Position numbers and translations under genes: made by a program. This document shows, piece after piece, positions 1 to 8,536 of a stretch of 64,000 nt of DNA. The DNA is taken from the NCBI GenBank assembly GCA_022775005.1, contig JALFJR010000056.1, forward strand, positions 19,151 to 83,150. The letters are read 5' to 3'. The notes under the pieces are model-generated. The model ran no database searches. It had not been told where the DNA came from and worked only from the letters and a program-made list of their open reading frames with translations. This stretch comes from Parabacteroides sp. Lineage in GTDB: Bacteria; Bacteroidota; Bacteroidia; Bacteroidales; Tannerellaceae. How positions within the stretch are numbered: the first letter of the stretch is position 1; each line of letters starts with the position of its first letter.

Positions 1-518
1 TTCGGAGACATGCCTGTGACAGAACGGAATTGGGCACTGAGGTGGGCTGGCGAACTGAAGCCATACTTGTAGGCGATTTCGCTGATGCGCTTATCTCCAT
101 AGCAAAGCTCCTCCTTTACTCGCTCGATTCGTACCCGTTTCATGTATTGTTCGATCGTCATGCCCTTCACTTCTGTAAACAATTTGCTGATGGAACTGTA
201 TTCTTTCTGAATATTCTCTTGCAGAAAATCAGAGAGTTTGATGGCTTTGCCTTGATCTATCCAATCGATAATCAAGGAACGAGCCCGCTCTACGATCTGT
301 CGCTTAGGATCGCTCAACAGTTCGAAGCCAATCTCTTGGAGTGCGTTGGCCAAGAGGGTCTCCTGTTCCTGAGTCAGTGGAGCTGGCAGGCGGATCTCTC
401 CCAGTAGCACATCCTCGGGTTGGATGCCACAATCATGAAGTACCGTCTTCACAGCCATGATGCAGCGAGGACATACCATATTCTTGATAAATAATGGATA
501 ATAAGCCTTATTCGTCAT
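1..518 (-). CDS. AraC/XylS-family transcriptional regulator; 3' end runs off the window (partial)
   Basis: Not in the ORF track because there is no stop in the window. My translation of the minus strand from the ATG (cat at 516-518) reads MTNKAYYPLFIKNMVCPRCIMAVKTVLHDCGI...ISEIAYKYGFSSPAHLSAQFRSVTGMSP. The N-terminus has an HMA-like MxCxxC segment and the C-terminus an AraC HTH signature. The + ORF 30..407 is its antisense shadow. Confidence 0.75.
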   Translation of the reverse strand, partial: MTNKAYYPLFIKNMVCPRCIMAVKTVLHDCGIQPEDVLLGEIRLPAPLTQEQETLLANALQEIGFELLSDPKRQIVERARSLIIDWIDQGKAIKLSDFLQENIQKEYSSISKLFTEVKGMTIEQYMKRVRIERVKEELCYGDKRISEIAYKYGFSSPAHLSAQFRSVTGMSP

Positions 519-557
519 TTCTATTTCCGGACTTGTCATTCTTTTTGCCTTTCGATG

Positions 558-565
558 CAAAGGTA
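558..565 (-). promoter_or_regulatory. Bacteroidota sigma-A -7 element (TACCTTTG) for the AraC-family gene
   Basis: Plus-strand text caaaggta is the reverse complement of TAnnTTTG. It lies about 40 nt upstream of ATG 518. Confidence 0.45.
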
Positions 566-600
566 TCATTTACTCTTTGAATAGTAGGTGCGAGGGGAAG

Positions 601-730
601 AAAAAACATTGCCCATTGTTTTCAAAAACATTGCCCATTGTTTTGGAAAACGTTGCCCGTAATTTTTTCAAACATTGCCGATGATTTTTTATTTCGTTGC
701 CCATCGTTTTCGCAGGCGACGGGCAACGAA
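601..730. repeat. Five direct 22-bp repeats (consensus AAAACATTGCCCATTGTTTT) plus one inverted copy
   Basis: The TTGCC core starts at 609, 631, 653, 675 and 697, an exact 22-bp period. An inverted copy GGGCAACG sits at 721-728. Copy 5 and the inverted copy form 12-bp arms (695-706 and 717-728) matching at 11 of 12 positions. Confidence 0.85.
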
Positions 731-784
731 TTTTTGAATGGAAAGTTTTGTGTTTTTCCTCTGCCTCATTTCAGAGAATTTCCA

Positions 785-792
785 TATATTTG
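785..792 (+). promoter_or_regulatory. -7 element TATATTTG for the PSP1 gene
   Basis: Matches TAnnTTTG 34 nt upstream of ATG 826. Confidence 0.45.
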
Positions 793-825
793 CACCTTTC
801 GGGTAAACTGGATTAGATATAAGTA

Positions 826-2283
826 ATGGATTTCGTCTTAGATAAAAGTAGTAGCCGTATGAGCTGCAAGGGATGCAGCAAACGGCAAGATCATAAATTG
901 AACGTCTATAATTGGCTGTGCGATGTGCCGGAAGCGGAGAACGCCACAGACTATGTGGAGGTGCAATTCAAGAATACTCGCAAGGGCTATTTTGTGAATT
1001 CCAATAAGATTCCTTTGGAGAAGGGTGACGTGGTGGCGGTAGAGTCAACTACGGGTCATGATATTGGTACCGTGTCGTTGACGGGAAAATTGGTGCTTTT
1101 GCAGATTCGCAAGAATAATGCCCGTCTCGATAATCCTCCGAAGCAGATCTATCGCAAGGCTAAGCCCTCTGACATCGAGAAGTATAATGAGGCAAAAGCG
1201 AGAGAGCACGATACGATGATTCGTTCTCGTCAGATCGCAGCGGATTTGGGCTTGAACATGAAGATTGGCGACGTGGAGTATCAAGGGGATGGCAACAAGG
1301 CGATCTTCTATTATATCGCCGATGAGCGTGTGGACTTCCGTCAGCTGATCAAGGTGTTGGCTGAGACATTCCATATCCGTGTGGAGATGAAGCAGATCGG
1401 TGCCCGTCAGGAGGCTGGTCGCATTGGAGGTATTGGCCCTTGCGGAAGGGAGCTATGTTGCTCTACCTGGATGAGCAATTTCAGCTCTGTCTCGACCGTG
1501 GCCGCTCGCTTGCAGGATATTTCCTTGAACCCACAGAAACTGGCGGGGCAATGCGCAAAGTTGAAATGTTGCATCAACTTCGAGGTGGACTCCTATGTGG
1601 AAGCGTTGAAGCACTTGCCCTCCAAGGAGGTGACGTTGGAGACGAAAGACAGTACGTACTATCATTTCAAGACGGATGTCTTCAAGCGAGAGATTACCTA
1701 TTCGACGGATAAGTCGATTGCGGCTAATTTGGTGACGATCCCGGCCTCACGGGTGTTTGAGGTGATCAATCTCAACAAGAAGGGGATCAAGCCTCTCTCC
1801 TTGGAGAGCGACGAGAAGCAGTCATCCAATAAGCGGGATGCGCAAGACATCCTGGGGCAGGAGAGCGTCACTCGTTTCGACTCCGATTCATCCAGCAAGA
1901 AGAAAAAGAAGAAAAAGAAGAGTAATAATGGCGCTAACAGCCAAGCTAACGCTGCGAAAGAGAGCGGTAAGGAGGCAGTTAATCAAACTCAGGGGAATCC
2001 TCCTGCTGAGGCGAAGAATGAGTCGGCAGACAATAAACCCAATCCGCACAAGGGAAATGGCAAGAATAACAATAACCGACGGAATAAGAATCATAATGGG
2101 GAGAATAGAGAAGGCAATCGTGAGAACAATCCCAAAAAGCGAGAGGGTAAAGGCAATGGCAATAAGCCCAAACAGCCCAAGCCGGCTCGACAGGATCAGA
2201 AGCGTGCTAAAACAGCTGAGGAGTCTCATCCTGCTAAGCCTGAGCAACCTGCTCAACCGGTCGAGAAGGCACCAGAAGCTTAA
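826..2283 (+). CDS. PSP1 (RicT/YaaT-like) domain protein with a long low-complexity C-terminal tail
   Basis: 485-aa ORF. It carries a PSP1-type core with the Cys cluster ...GPCGRELCCSTW...CAKLKCC.... The last ~150 aa are K/N/E/G/P-rich, including a K8 run. Confidence 0.75.
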   Translation: MDFVLDKSSSRMSCKGCSKRQDHKLNVYNWLCDVPEAENATDYVEVQFKNTRKGYFVNSNKIPLEKGDVVAVESTTGHDIGTVSLTGKLVLLQIRKNNARLDNPPKQIYRKAKPSDIEKYNEAKAREHDTMIRSRQIAADLGLNMKIGDVEYQGDGNKAIFYYIADERVDFRQLIKVLAETFHIRVEMKQIGARQEAGRIGGIGPCGRELCCSTWMSNFSSVSTVAARLQDISLNPQKLAGQCAKLKCCINFEVDSYVEALKHLPSKEVTLETKDSTYYHFKTDVFKREITYSTDKSIAANLVTIPASRVFEVINLNKKGIKPLSLESDEKQSSNKRDAQDILGQESVTRFDSDSSSKKKKKKKKSNNGANSQANAAKESGKEAVNQTQGNPPAEAKNESADNKPNPHKGNGKNNNNRRNKNHNGENREGNRENNPKKREGKGNGNKPKQPKPARQDQKRAKTAEESHPAKPEQPAQPVEKAPEA

Positions 2284-2299
2284 TTGGGCGTATGGGCTG

Positions 2300-2779
2300 G
2301 TGATAGGATGGTTAGGCTGTCTGACAGCATGCACACAGCCGGCCATTTATGACCAGTTCCAGTCCATAGAGGGGAAGGTGTGGGATAAGGATAAGGTGTA
2401 CTATTTTACCTTTATGATTGAGGATAATCGTATCCCTTATGACTTGACGCTGGCCGTGCGCAACAACAACCTATATCCTTATCAGAATCTCTGGTTGTTT
2501 TGCAACGAGGAACCTCCGATTGGCAGCCTCAAACGAGACACGGTGGAGTATATGTTGGCGGATGATTTTGGGAAATGGTATGGACATGGCATCTCCCTAT
2601 TCCTCTCTACCTTCCCTATCCGTACGAATTATTATTTCCCCTATCCGGGGCAATACACGTATAGTTTTCAGCAGGGTATGCGCAACGAACATTTAGAGGG
2701 TATCCAAGAGATTGGTTTAACGATAACTCCGTCGAAGGTTATCGCTCCTTCCGAGAAGCATCCAAGCGCAAAAAGATAA
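2300..2779 (+). CDS. gldH: Gliding-motility/T9SS-associated lipoprotein GldH family (start uncertain)
   Basis: The 3' half of ORF 1838..2779 reads ...GWLGCLTAC (LTAC lipobox) then TQPAIYDQFQSIEGKVWDKDKVYYFTFMIEDNRIPYDLTLAVRNNNLYPYQNLWLF...DFGKWYGHG, which matches my recollection of GldH family sequences. GldH usually follows PSP1 in Bacteroidota. The only canonical start after the PSP1 stop is GTG 2300. ATG 2156 would overlap PSP1 by 128 nt. Confidence 0.6.
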   Translation: MIGWLGCLTACTQPAIYDQFQSIEGKVWDKDKVYYFTFMIEDNRIPYDLTLAVRNNNLYPYQNLWLFCNEEPPIGSLKRDTVEYMLADDFGKWYGHGISLFLSTFPIRTNYYFPYPGQYTYSFQQGMRNEHLEGIQEIGLTITPSKVIAPSEKHPSAKR

Positions 2780-4184
2780 ATAGCAGGGTGGTGAACCCCC
2801 AGAGCGAGGAGCCTCCATAGCTGAAGAAGGGTAGGGGAATACCGATCACGGGGGTTAACCCCGTGACCATGCCTACATTGATGGCCAGGTGAAAGATGAA
2901 GATGGAGGCGACGCTGTAGCCATAGATCCGTCCGAACGCATTGTCTTGCCGCTCAGCCAAGGCAATCAGTCGTAAGATAAAGATACCAAATAGCAGTAAT
3001 ACCGCTGTCGTACCTACAAAACCCTGTTCCTCTCCCACGGTGCAGAAAATAAAGTCGGTGTCTTGTTCGGGCACGTACTTCAATTTCGTTTGGGTGCCAT
3101 TCAAGAAGCCCTTGCCAATCAAACCGCCTGAGCCAATAGCGATCTTGGATTGATTCACATTATAGCCTGCACCGCTGGGGTCGTCCTCCAAACCCAATGA
3201 CACCTTGATGCGTACCTGCTGGTGAGGCTCCAAAATGTCATTAAACACATAATCCACAGAGAAGAGGAAGCCGAGGGAACCAATGGCAAAGAGGGCGATC
3301 AGCACGTAATGCCACACCCAATGATGGAAGGAGAGGAAAAGTAAATAACCCACGAACAGGAGCACCAGACCGATTGCGATCCATGCGAAGTTGACCGGTT
3401 GAAAGAGGGAAACTAAATAGCCAATACCAAAAATCGCAACAGTTGCCTCGGCCATGACCTTTAAGGCTAAACGATCTTTTCGTTCCATCCAAACCAATGC
3501 CATGGTGATCAGTCCGATCATACAGGCTACGATGAATTGTCCTAAAGCTGTCTCACCCACGACTACATCCGCATATTTCATACCGGTCACGAAGAAGAGC
3601 ACCGCGCAGACACCGATCAGCAGAATATAGCCGCTCATCCCTTCTCGATAGAGCATCAGGAAGAATGCGAAATAGACCAACGCTGAGCCCGTTTCTCGTT
3701 GTAGCAGAATGCAAATCATGGGCAGAAAAATCAACAACAAGACCAAAGAGAAATTCTTTAAGGTGGTCAGCTGAAAACCATAGCCCCCCATAAACCTCGC
3801 TACAGCTAAGGCCGTGGCGAACTTCGCTAACTCCGCAGGCTGAAACTGTATGGAACCTATGACCAACCACGAGTGAGATCCTTTGATATTGGGAGCGACA
3901 AAGATCGTCACGATCAAGAGTGCTAATACTACCGCATAGATCAGGTAGGCGAAGATCTCGAAGAAGTCGCTCTCTAACATCAATAGGATGAAAATGATTG
4001 CCATAGAGGATGCCATCCAGATCAATTGCATACCGGGTCGTCCTGCCGGGTCGAAAAAGCTTACGCCATCATACGCATAGCTGGCTCCGCAGATGCTGAA
4101 CCAACCGGCTACTACCATTAAAGTATAGAGCAGTATGGTAAACCAATCGACCGATTTCCATATCTCTGTTTTCCTATAACGCAT
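2739..4184 (-). CDS. rodA: Rod shape-determining protein RodA (SEDS family peptidoglycan polymerase)
   Basis: 481-aa polytopic membrane ORF of the FtsW/RodA/SpoVE type. It is the last gene of the mreBCD-mrdA-rodA cluster and overlaps mrdA by 11 nt. Confidence 0.9.
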   Translation of the reverse strand: MRYRKTEIWKSVDWFTILLYTLMVVAGWFSICGASYAYDGVSFFDPAGRPGMQLIWMASSMAIIFILLMLESDFFEIFAYLIYAVVLALLIVTIFVAPNIKGSHSWLVIGSIQFQPAELAKFATALAVARFMGGYGFQLTTLKNFSLVLLLIFLPMICILLQRETGSALVYFAFFLMLYREGMSGYILLIGVCAVLFFVTGMKYADVVVGETALGQFIVACMIGLITMALVWMERKDRLALKVMAEATVAIFGIGYLVSLFQPVNFAWIAIGLVLLFVGYLLFLSFHHWVWHYVLIALFAIGSLGFLFSVDYVFNDILEPHQQVRIKVSLGLEDDPSGAGYNVNQSKIAIGSGGLIGKGFLNGTQTKLKYVPEQDTDFIFCTVGEEQGFVGTTAVLLLFGIFILRLIALAERQDNAFGRIYGYSVASIFIFHLAINVGMVTGLTPVIGIPLPFFSYGGSSLWGFTTLLFIFLRLDASRKER

Positions 4185-6042
4185 TGTTTGGTAAAATTAC
4201 AGTGTTTGCGATAGACTCCTCTAAGGCTTGGTCAGCTTCGCTGATTTCTCCTTTTAAGTATTTCTCCAGCATCAATTTGCCGATAGGCACCGCATAGGTC
4301 GCACCAAATCCGGCATTCTCCACAAAAACAGCGATGGCCACTTTTGCGTTGTGATAAGGTGCGAATCCCATAAAGATAGAGTGATCTTTACCATGCGGGT
4401 TCTCCGCGGTACCGGTCTTGCCACATACTTCAATGTCTGGCAAGGCGGCTCCTCGGCAGGTAGCACCCCACGCTGTTCCTGCGACCGCTCCTCGCATACC
4501 TTCTGCTACGTAGTTGTAGTATTGCGACTGGATGGAGGGGTAACGACGTTGGGTGTATAGCGTATCCAATGGCGTATCTTGAATCTCTTTCACGACATGC
4601 GGGGTGATGAAATAACCTCTGTTGGCAATCGTTGCGGCCAAGTTGCATATCTGCAATGGCGTAGCCAAGATCTCACCTTGTCCAATGGCAATAGAGATGA
4701 CTGTGCTTGAGTTCCAGCGTCCCCGATAGAACTTGTCATAAAATTTGCTATTGGGCACAAACCCACGCTTCTCTCCAGGGAGGTCAACCCCCAACTTGTA
4801 GCCATACCCCATGGAAACTAAGTGATCTTTCCATACATCGAATGCCTCTTGCACAGAGGGATAGCGTTTCCGGCTGTCGATCATGTCATGCAATCCCCAA
4901 GGGAAAAAAGAGTTACAAGAAGTAGCCAAAGCACCTACCAAGGGTAACGGAGAAGGATGGCCGTGACAAGCAGGCTTTCCGCCACGAAAAGTATATCCAT
5001 GCGCACAAGAATAGGTGGTTTCTGGAGTGATCACTCCCTCTTGCAGGAAAATCAAGCCTTGCGTTGGCTTAAAGGTAGAACCCGGCGGATATTGCGCCAT
5101 AAGAGGACGGTTGAAGAGGGGCTTCAAAGGATCCTTTTGCAAGGCTGCGTAGTTCTTGCCTCGCTGACGACCGATCAAGATGCTGGGGTCGTACGTGGGT
5201 GAGGAGACCATGCAGAGAATCTCTCCTGTCTCTGGCTCAATCATCACAATACCGCCTAATTTATTCTGCATCAACTTCTCCCCGTAGGCCTGCAACTCCA
5301 TGTCAATGGATAGCTTTAAGTTCTTGCCTGATTCTGGAGGCACATCGTGCTTACCCTCCTCATAACGCCCCTTGATACGTCCATGGGCATCTCGCAACAA
5401 GATCTCGACACCCTTCACACCGCGGAGATAGGTCTCGTAGGATTGCTCAATACCTGTTCGCCCGGAGTAGTCTCCTTGCGTATAATAGGGATCGTTCTCG
5501 ATGTCCTTGCGATTCACCTCTCCGATGTTACCCAACACCAAGGCCGCATTCGGATACTCATATTGACGAATCGTACGATTCTGGATGTAAAAACCGGGGA
5601 ATTTGTAGAGTTTTTCTTGCAATACACCATACTCTTGTGCCGATAGCTGATTCATGAAAAGTTGAGGCACATACGAGGAGTAACCAGGGTTTAACTTTCG
5701 GTTCTTGATGTCAGCGATACGCTTGACGAATTGTTCTTTTGTGATTCCTAATACCTGGCAGAAGTCTAATGTGTCAAAAGGCTGTATCTCTCGCATCACC
5801 AACATCACGTCGTATGCGGGTTGATTATATACCAACAAACGTCCTGTTCGATCATACATCATCCCTCGTGAAGGGTAGAGCGTTTTCTTCAAAAAAGCAT
5901 TGCTATCTGCCCATGCCTTATAGTCGTTCTCTAATACTTGTAGGAAGAATAGGCGTAAGATAAAGATCAACACCAACGCAATCACTGCACCGCCTAAAAC
6001 AAAGCGCCGCGATTCCAGCTCAAACTTTGTCTTATTCTCCAA
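4174..6042 (-). CDS. mrdA: Penicillin-binding protein 2 (elongasome transpeptidase)
   Basis: 622 aa with an N-terminal TM segment. Motifs present: STFK (GSTFKP), SxN (SCN) and KTGT (CGKTGTAE). Located between mreD and rodA. Confidence 0.9.
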   Translation of the reverse strand: MENKTKFELESRRFVLGGAVIALVLIFILRLFFLQVLENDYKAWADSNAFLKKTLYPSRGMMYDRTGRLLVYNQPAYDVMLVMREIQPFDTLDFCQVLGITKEQFVKRIADIKNRKLNPGYSSYVPQLFMNQLSAQEYGVLQEKLYKFPGFYIQNRTIRQYEYPNAALVLGNIGEVNRKDIENDPYYTQGDYSGRTGIEQSYETYLRGVKGVEILLRDAHGRIKGRYEEGKHDVPPESGKNLKLSIDMELQAYGEKLMQNKLGGIVMIEPETGEILCMVSSPTYDPSILIGRQRGKNYAALQKDPLKPLFNRPLMAQYPPGSTFKPTQGLIFLQEGVITPETTYSCAHGYTFRGGKPACHGHPSPLPLVGALATSCNSFFPWGLHDMIDSRKRYPSVQEAFDVWKDHLVSMGYGYKLGVDLPGEKRGFVPNSKFYDKFYRGRWNSSTVISIAIGQGEILATPLQICNLAATIANRGYFITPHVVKEIQDTPLDTLYTQRRYPSIQSQYYNYVAEGMRGAVAGTAWGATCRGAALPDIEVCGKTGTAENPHGKDHSIFMGFAPYHNAKVAIAVFVENAGFGATYAVPIGKLMLEKYLKGEISEADQALEESIANTVILPNNAL

Positions 6043-6553
6043 TTTTCTGAATGTCTATCAGGTTAAACGCTTCTGCCGTACAGATCAAGAGTGTGGTTAG
6101 CAACACACTCGATACAATGCGGATAGCTAAAAATAGCGGGTCGAATAGAGTCAATGACTCTACCAAGAATAATGCGATATGGTGTAACACTACGAATGTC
6201 AGTACGTATCGAAAAAAACCACTATATCCGAATACTCGATAGGAGGGATAAATCCCTTCTGGAAGATCTTTACCCATATACATCTGAATGAATTCCTCAC
6301 GAAAAAATCCCGCTAACGTACAGGCAAAAGCATGCATTCCAGGGGTGTTGCTAAAGATATCAACCAGTAAACCGGCCAAGAAAGCCATAAATAATTGCCC
6401 TGACCGGGATTCACCAACAGGTAATTTGAGGATAATGTACAGATATAAAAAAGGCGTAGCAATGCGCATGAAGTGAATGTTATTCAAGATCAATACCTGA
6501 ATCAGCACAAACACTACAAAGTAGATTGCATTACGTAGGATATTGTTAATCAT
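6032..6553 (-). CDS. mreD: Rod shape-determining protein MreD
   Basis: 173-aa multi-TM ORF overlapping mreC (8 nt) and mrdA (11 nt) in the canonical position. Confidence 0.8.
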   Translation of the reverse strand: MINNILRNAIYFVVFVLIQVLILNNIHFMRIATPFLYLYIILKLPVGESRSGQLFMAFLAGLLVDIFSNTPGMHAFACTLAGFFREEFIQMYMGKDLPEGIYPSYRVFGYSGFFRYVLTFVVLHHIALFLVESLTLFDPLFLAIRIVSSVLLTTLLICTAEAFNLIDIQKIGE

Positions 6554-7400
6554 TCTTTTTTGCCTCTTTTTCTACTCCCAGCTGTTCTTGCTGGAGGAAA
6601 TTCTTGATAATCCGCACATGATTTAACGCTTGGAAGTCTGTAGCTAAACGCACCTGCAACGCATAAAAATTATCATCGTGTTGCTTCTCATGATCCTCCA
6701 CGATGCCAACAATTAATCCCGCAGGGAAAACTGCCGAATAACCACTAGTCACAATGGTATCCCCTCGCTGAAACTCAACATGACGTGGCAGTTCCTCCAA
6801 AGTGGCGTAACGAATATTGCGTCCGTTCCAACTCAACGAACCGAAATAACTACTTCCCAATACTTTACAACTTAATCGTAGCTTTGGGTTCAGTAAAGGG
6901 ATGATCACGGAAAAATGATCTGAAACTGTAGAGACAATTCCTACTACGCCACGCTCAGAAACCACCCCCATATCTGGAGAAATTCCATCTTTCGCTCCTT
7001 TATTCACCGTAATGTAATTCGACAAGTGCACAACGCTGTTGTTCACTACCTGTGCTACCACAAAAGAGTAAGGAAATTGCTCTGTTGAATCGGTTGCGAA
7101 CCCCTTGAATCGCACTGTGTCAGCCATGAATACATCCAGTTGGTCTTGTAAATCAAGCAGCTGTGATTCCAATTGGCCATTGCGCTCCAGTAGCTCTTTA
7201 TTGATCTCTCGAAGGTGCATATATGAGATTATTCCTCCTGAAACAGATGAAAGATGTCCAACCACCTCATTTGCTGAGCTAAATAACACGTTGCGCTGAT
7301 AAGCATTGTTACGATAGATCAACGTCAATGAGAATGCTAATAACACCACAAACAGGAACCAATGTCTCTTCCTGACCAGAAATTCCAGTAGCTTGCGCAC
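6546..7400 (-). CDS. mreC: Rod shape-determining protein MreC
   Basis: 284 aa with an N-terminal TM segment, a coiled-coil and beta-rich domains. Located immediately downstream of mreB. Confidence 0.85.
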   Translation of the reverse strand: MRKLLEFLVRKRHWFLFVVLLAFSLTLIYRNNAYQRNVLFSSANEVVGHLSSVSGGIISYMHLREINKELLERNGQLESQLLDLQDQLDVFMADTVRFKGFATDSTEQFPYSFVVAQVVNNSVVHLSNYITVNKGAKDGISPDMGVVSERGVVGIVSTVSDHFSVIIPLLNPKLRLSCKVLGSSYFGSLSWNGRNIRYATLEELPRHVEFQRGDTIVTSGYSAVFPAGLIVGIVEDHEKQHDDNFYALQVRLATDFQALNHVRIIKNFLQQEQLGVEKEAKKND

Positions 7401-7495
7401 ACTTCCTACAATTTATGATTTATAATTTCTAATCTATGCCTTCGTGAATCTTACTTCAACCCACATAAATCAGAAATTATAAACCAGCTATACAT

Positions 7496-8515
7496 TTATC
7501 GAATTAGGAAATTGAATTTGTCAATATTTTTCAAAGCGACACCTGTACCTTTTGCTACGGCATGGAGCGGATCTTCCGCGATGTGAAATTGGATATTCAT
7601 CTTGTCGCGTAAACGTTTATCCAAGCCTCGTAGCATAGCACCACCACCAGCCAAGTAAATGCCGTTCTTCACGATGTCTGCGTACAATTCAGGAGGAGTC
7701 TGCTCTAACGCACTCAAAATAGCTGCTTCGATCTTTGATATAGACTTATCTAAACAATGTGCGATTTCCTGATAAGTAACAGCTACTTCCATTGGCAGAG
7801 CAGTCATTTGATTTGGACCATGCACCACGTAATCTTCTGGTGCTTCATCCAAAACTGTCAAGGCAGAACCTACGTTGATTTTGATGCGTTCTGCCATGCG
7901 TTCGCTCACCTTCACGTTGTGTTGACGACGCATATACTCCACAATATCTGCGGTCAAGTCATCGCCTGCCATACGGATAGATTTGTTAGAAACAATGCCT
8001 CCTAAAGAAATCACAGCGATCTCTGTTGTTCCACCACCAATATCTACGATCATGTTGCCCTCTGGTGCCAAGACATCTATGCCTACGCCAATGGCAGCAG
8101 CCATTGGCTCAAATACCATATAAACGTCTCTTCCGCCCGCATGTTCAGCCGAGTCACGTACGGCACGAATCTCTACCTCTGTACTTCCTGAGGGAATGCC
8201 GATGACCATACGTAAAGAGGGAGCAAACCATCTGCGCTTACTACTTGCCATCTTAATCAAGCCGCGCATCATCTGTTCAGCCGCATAAAAGTCGGCAATC
8301 ACGCCCTCACGCAAGGGCCTGATCGTCCGAATATTCTTATGCGTCTTCTCATACATCTCACGGGCAACACTGCCGACGGCTAACACCTTGTCTGTGCGTG
8401 CATCTAAGGCGACTACCGAGGGCTCGTCCACCACGATCTTATCATTGCAGGTGATGATCGTGTTGGCCGTACCCAAATCCATTGCGATCTCTTGTGTAAA
8501 AGAAAACAATCCCAT
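7496..8515 (-). CDS. mreB: Rod shape-determining actin homologue MreB
   Basis: 339 aa with the actin/Hsp70 fold phosphate motifs (MDLGTANT..., ...VDIGGGTTEIAV...). Confidence 0.95.
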   Translation of the reverse strand: MGLFSFTQEIAMDLGTANTIITCNDKIVVDEPSVVALDARTDKVLAVGSVAREMYEKTHKNIRTIRPLREGVIADFYAAEQMMRGLIKMASSKRRWFAPSLRMVIGIPSGSTEVEIRAVRDSAEHAGGRDVYMVFEPMAAAIGVGIDVLAPEGNMIVDIGGGTTEIAVISLGGIVSNKSIRMAGDDLTADIVEYMRRQHNVKVSERMAERIKINVGSALTVLDEAPEDYVVHGPNQMTALPMEVAVTYQEIAHCLDKSISKIEAAILSALEQTPPELYADIVKNGIYLAGGGAMLRGLDKRLRDKMNIQFHIAEDPLHAVAKGTGVALKNIDKFNFLIR

Positions 8516-8536
8516 TCTTTTTCCTTATATATATGT

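Noticed and set aside
638-826. 62-aa ORF in the AraC/PSP1 intergenic region
   Set aside because: It is built from the 22-bp repeat array and spans the PSP1 promoter. There is no motif and no plausible ribosome-binding context.
1838-2283. Arg/Lys-rich alternative-frame protein overlapping the PSP1 tail as an independent gene
   Set aside because: The open frame is explained by the AAG/AAT-rich low-complexity coding sequence of PSP1. The translation (RRKRRKRRV...) has no motif. Only the part after 2283 has GldH character.
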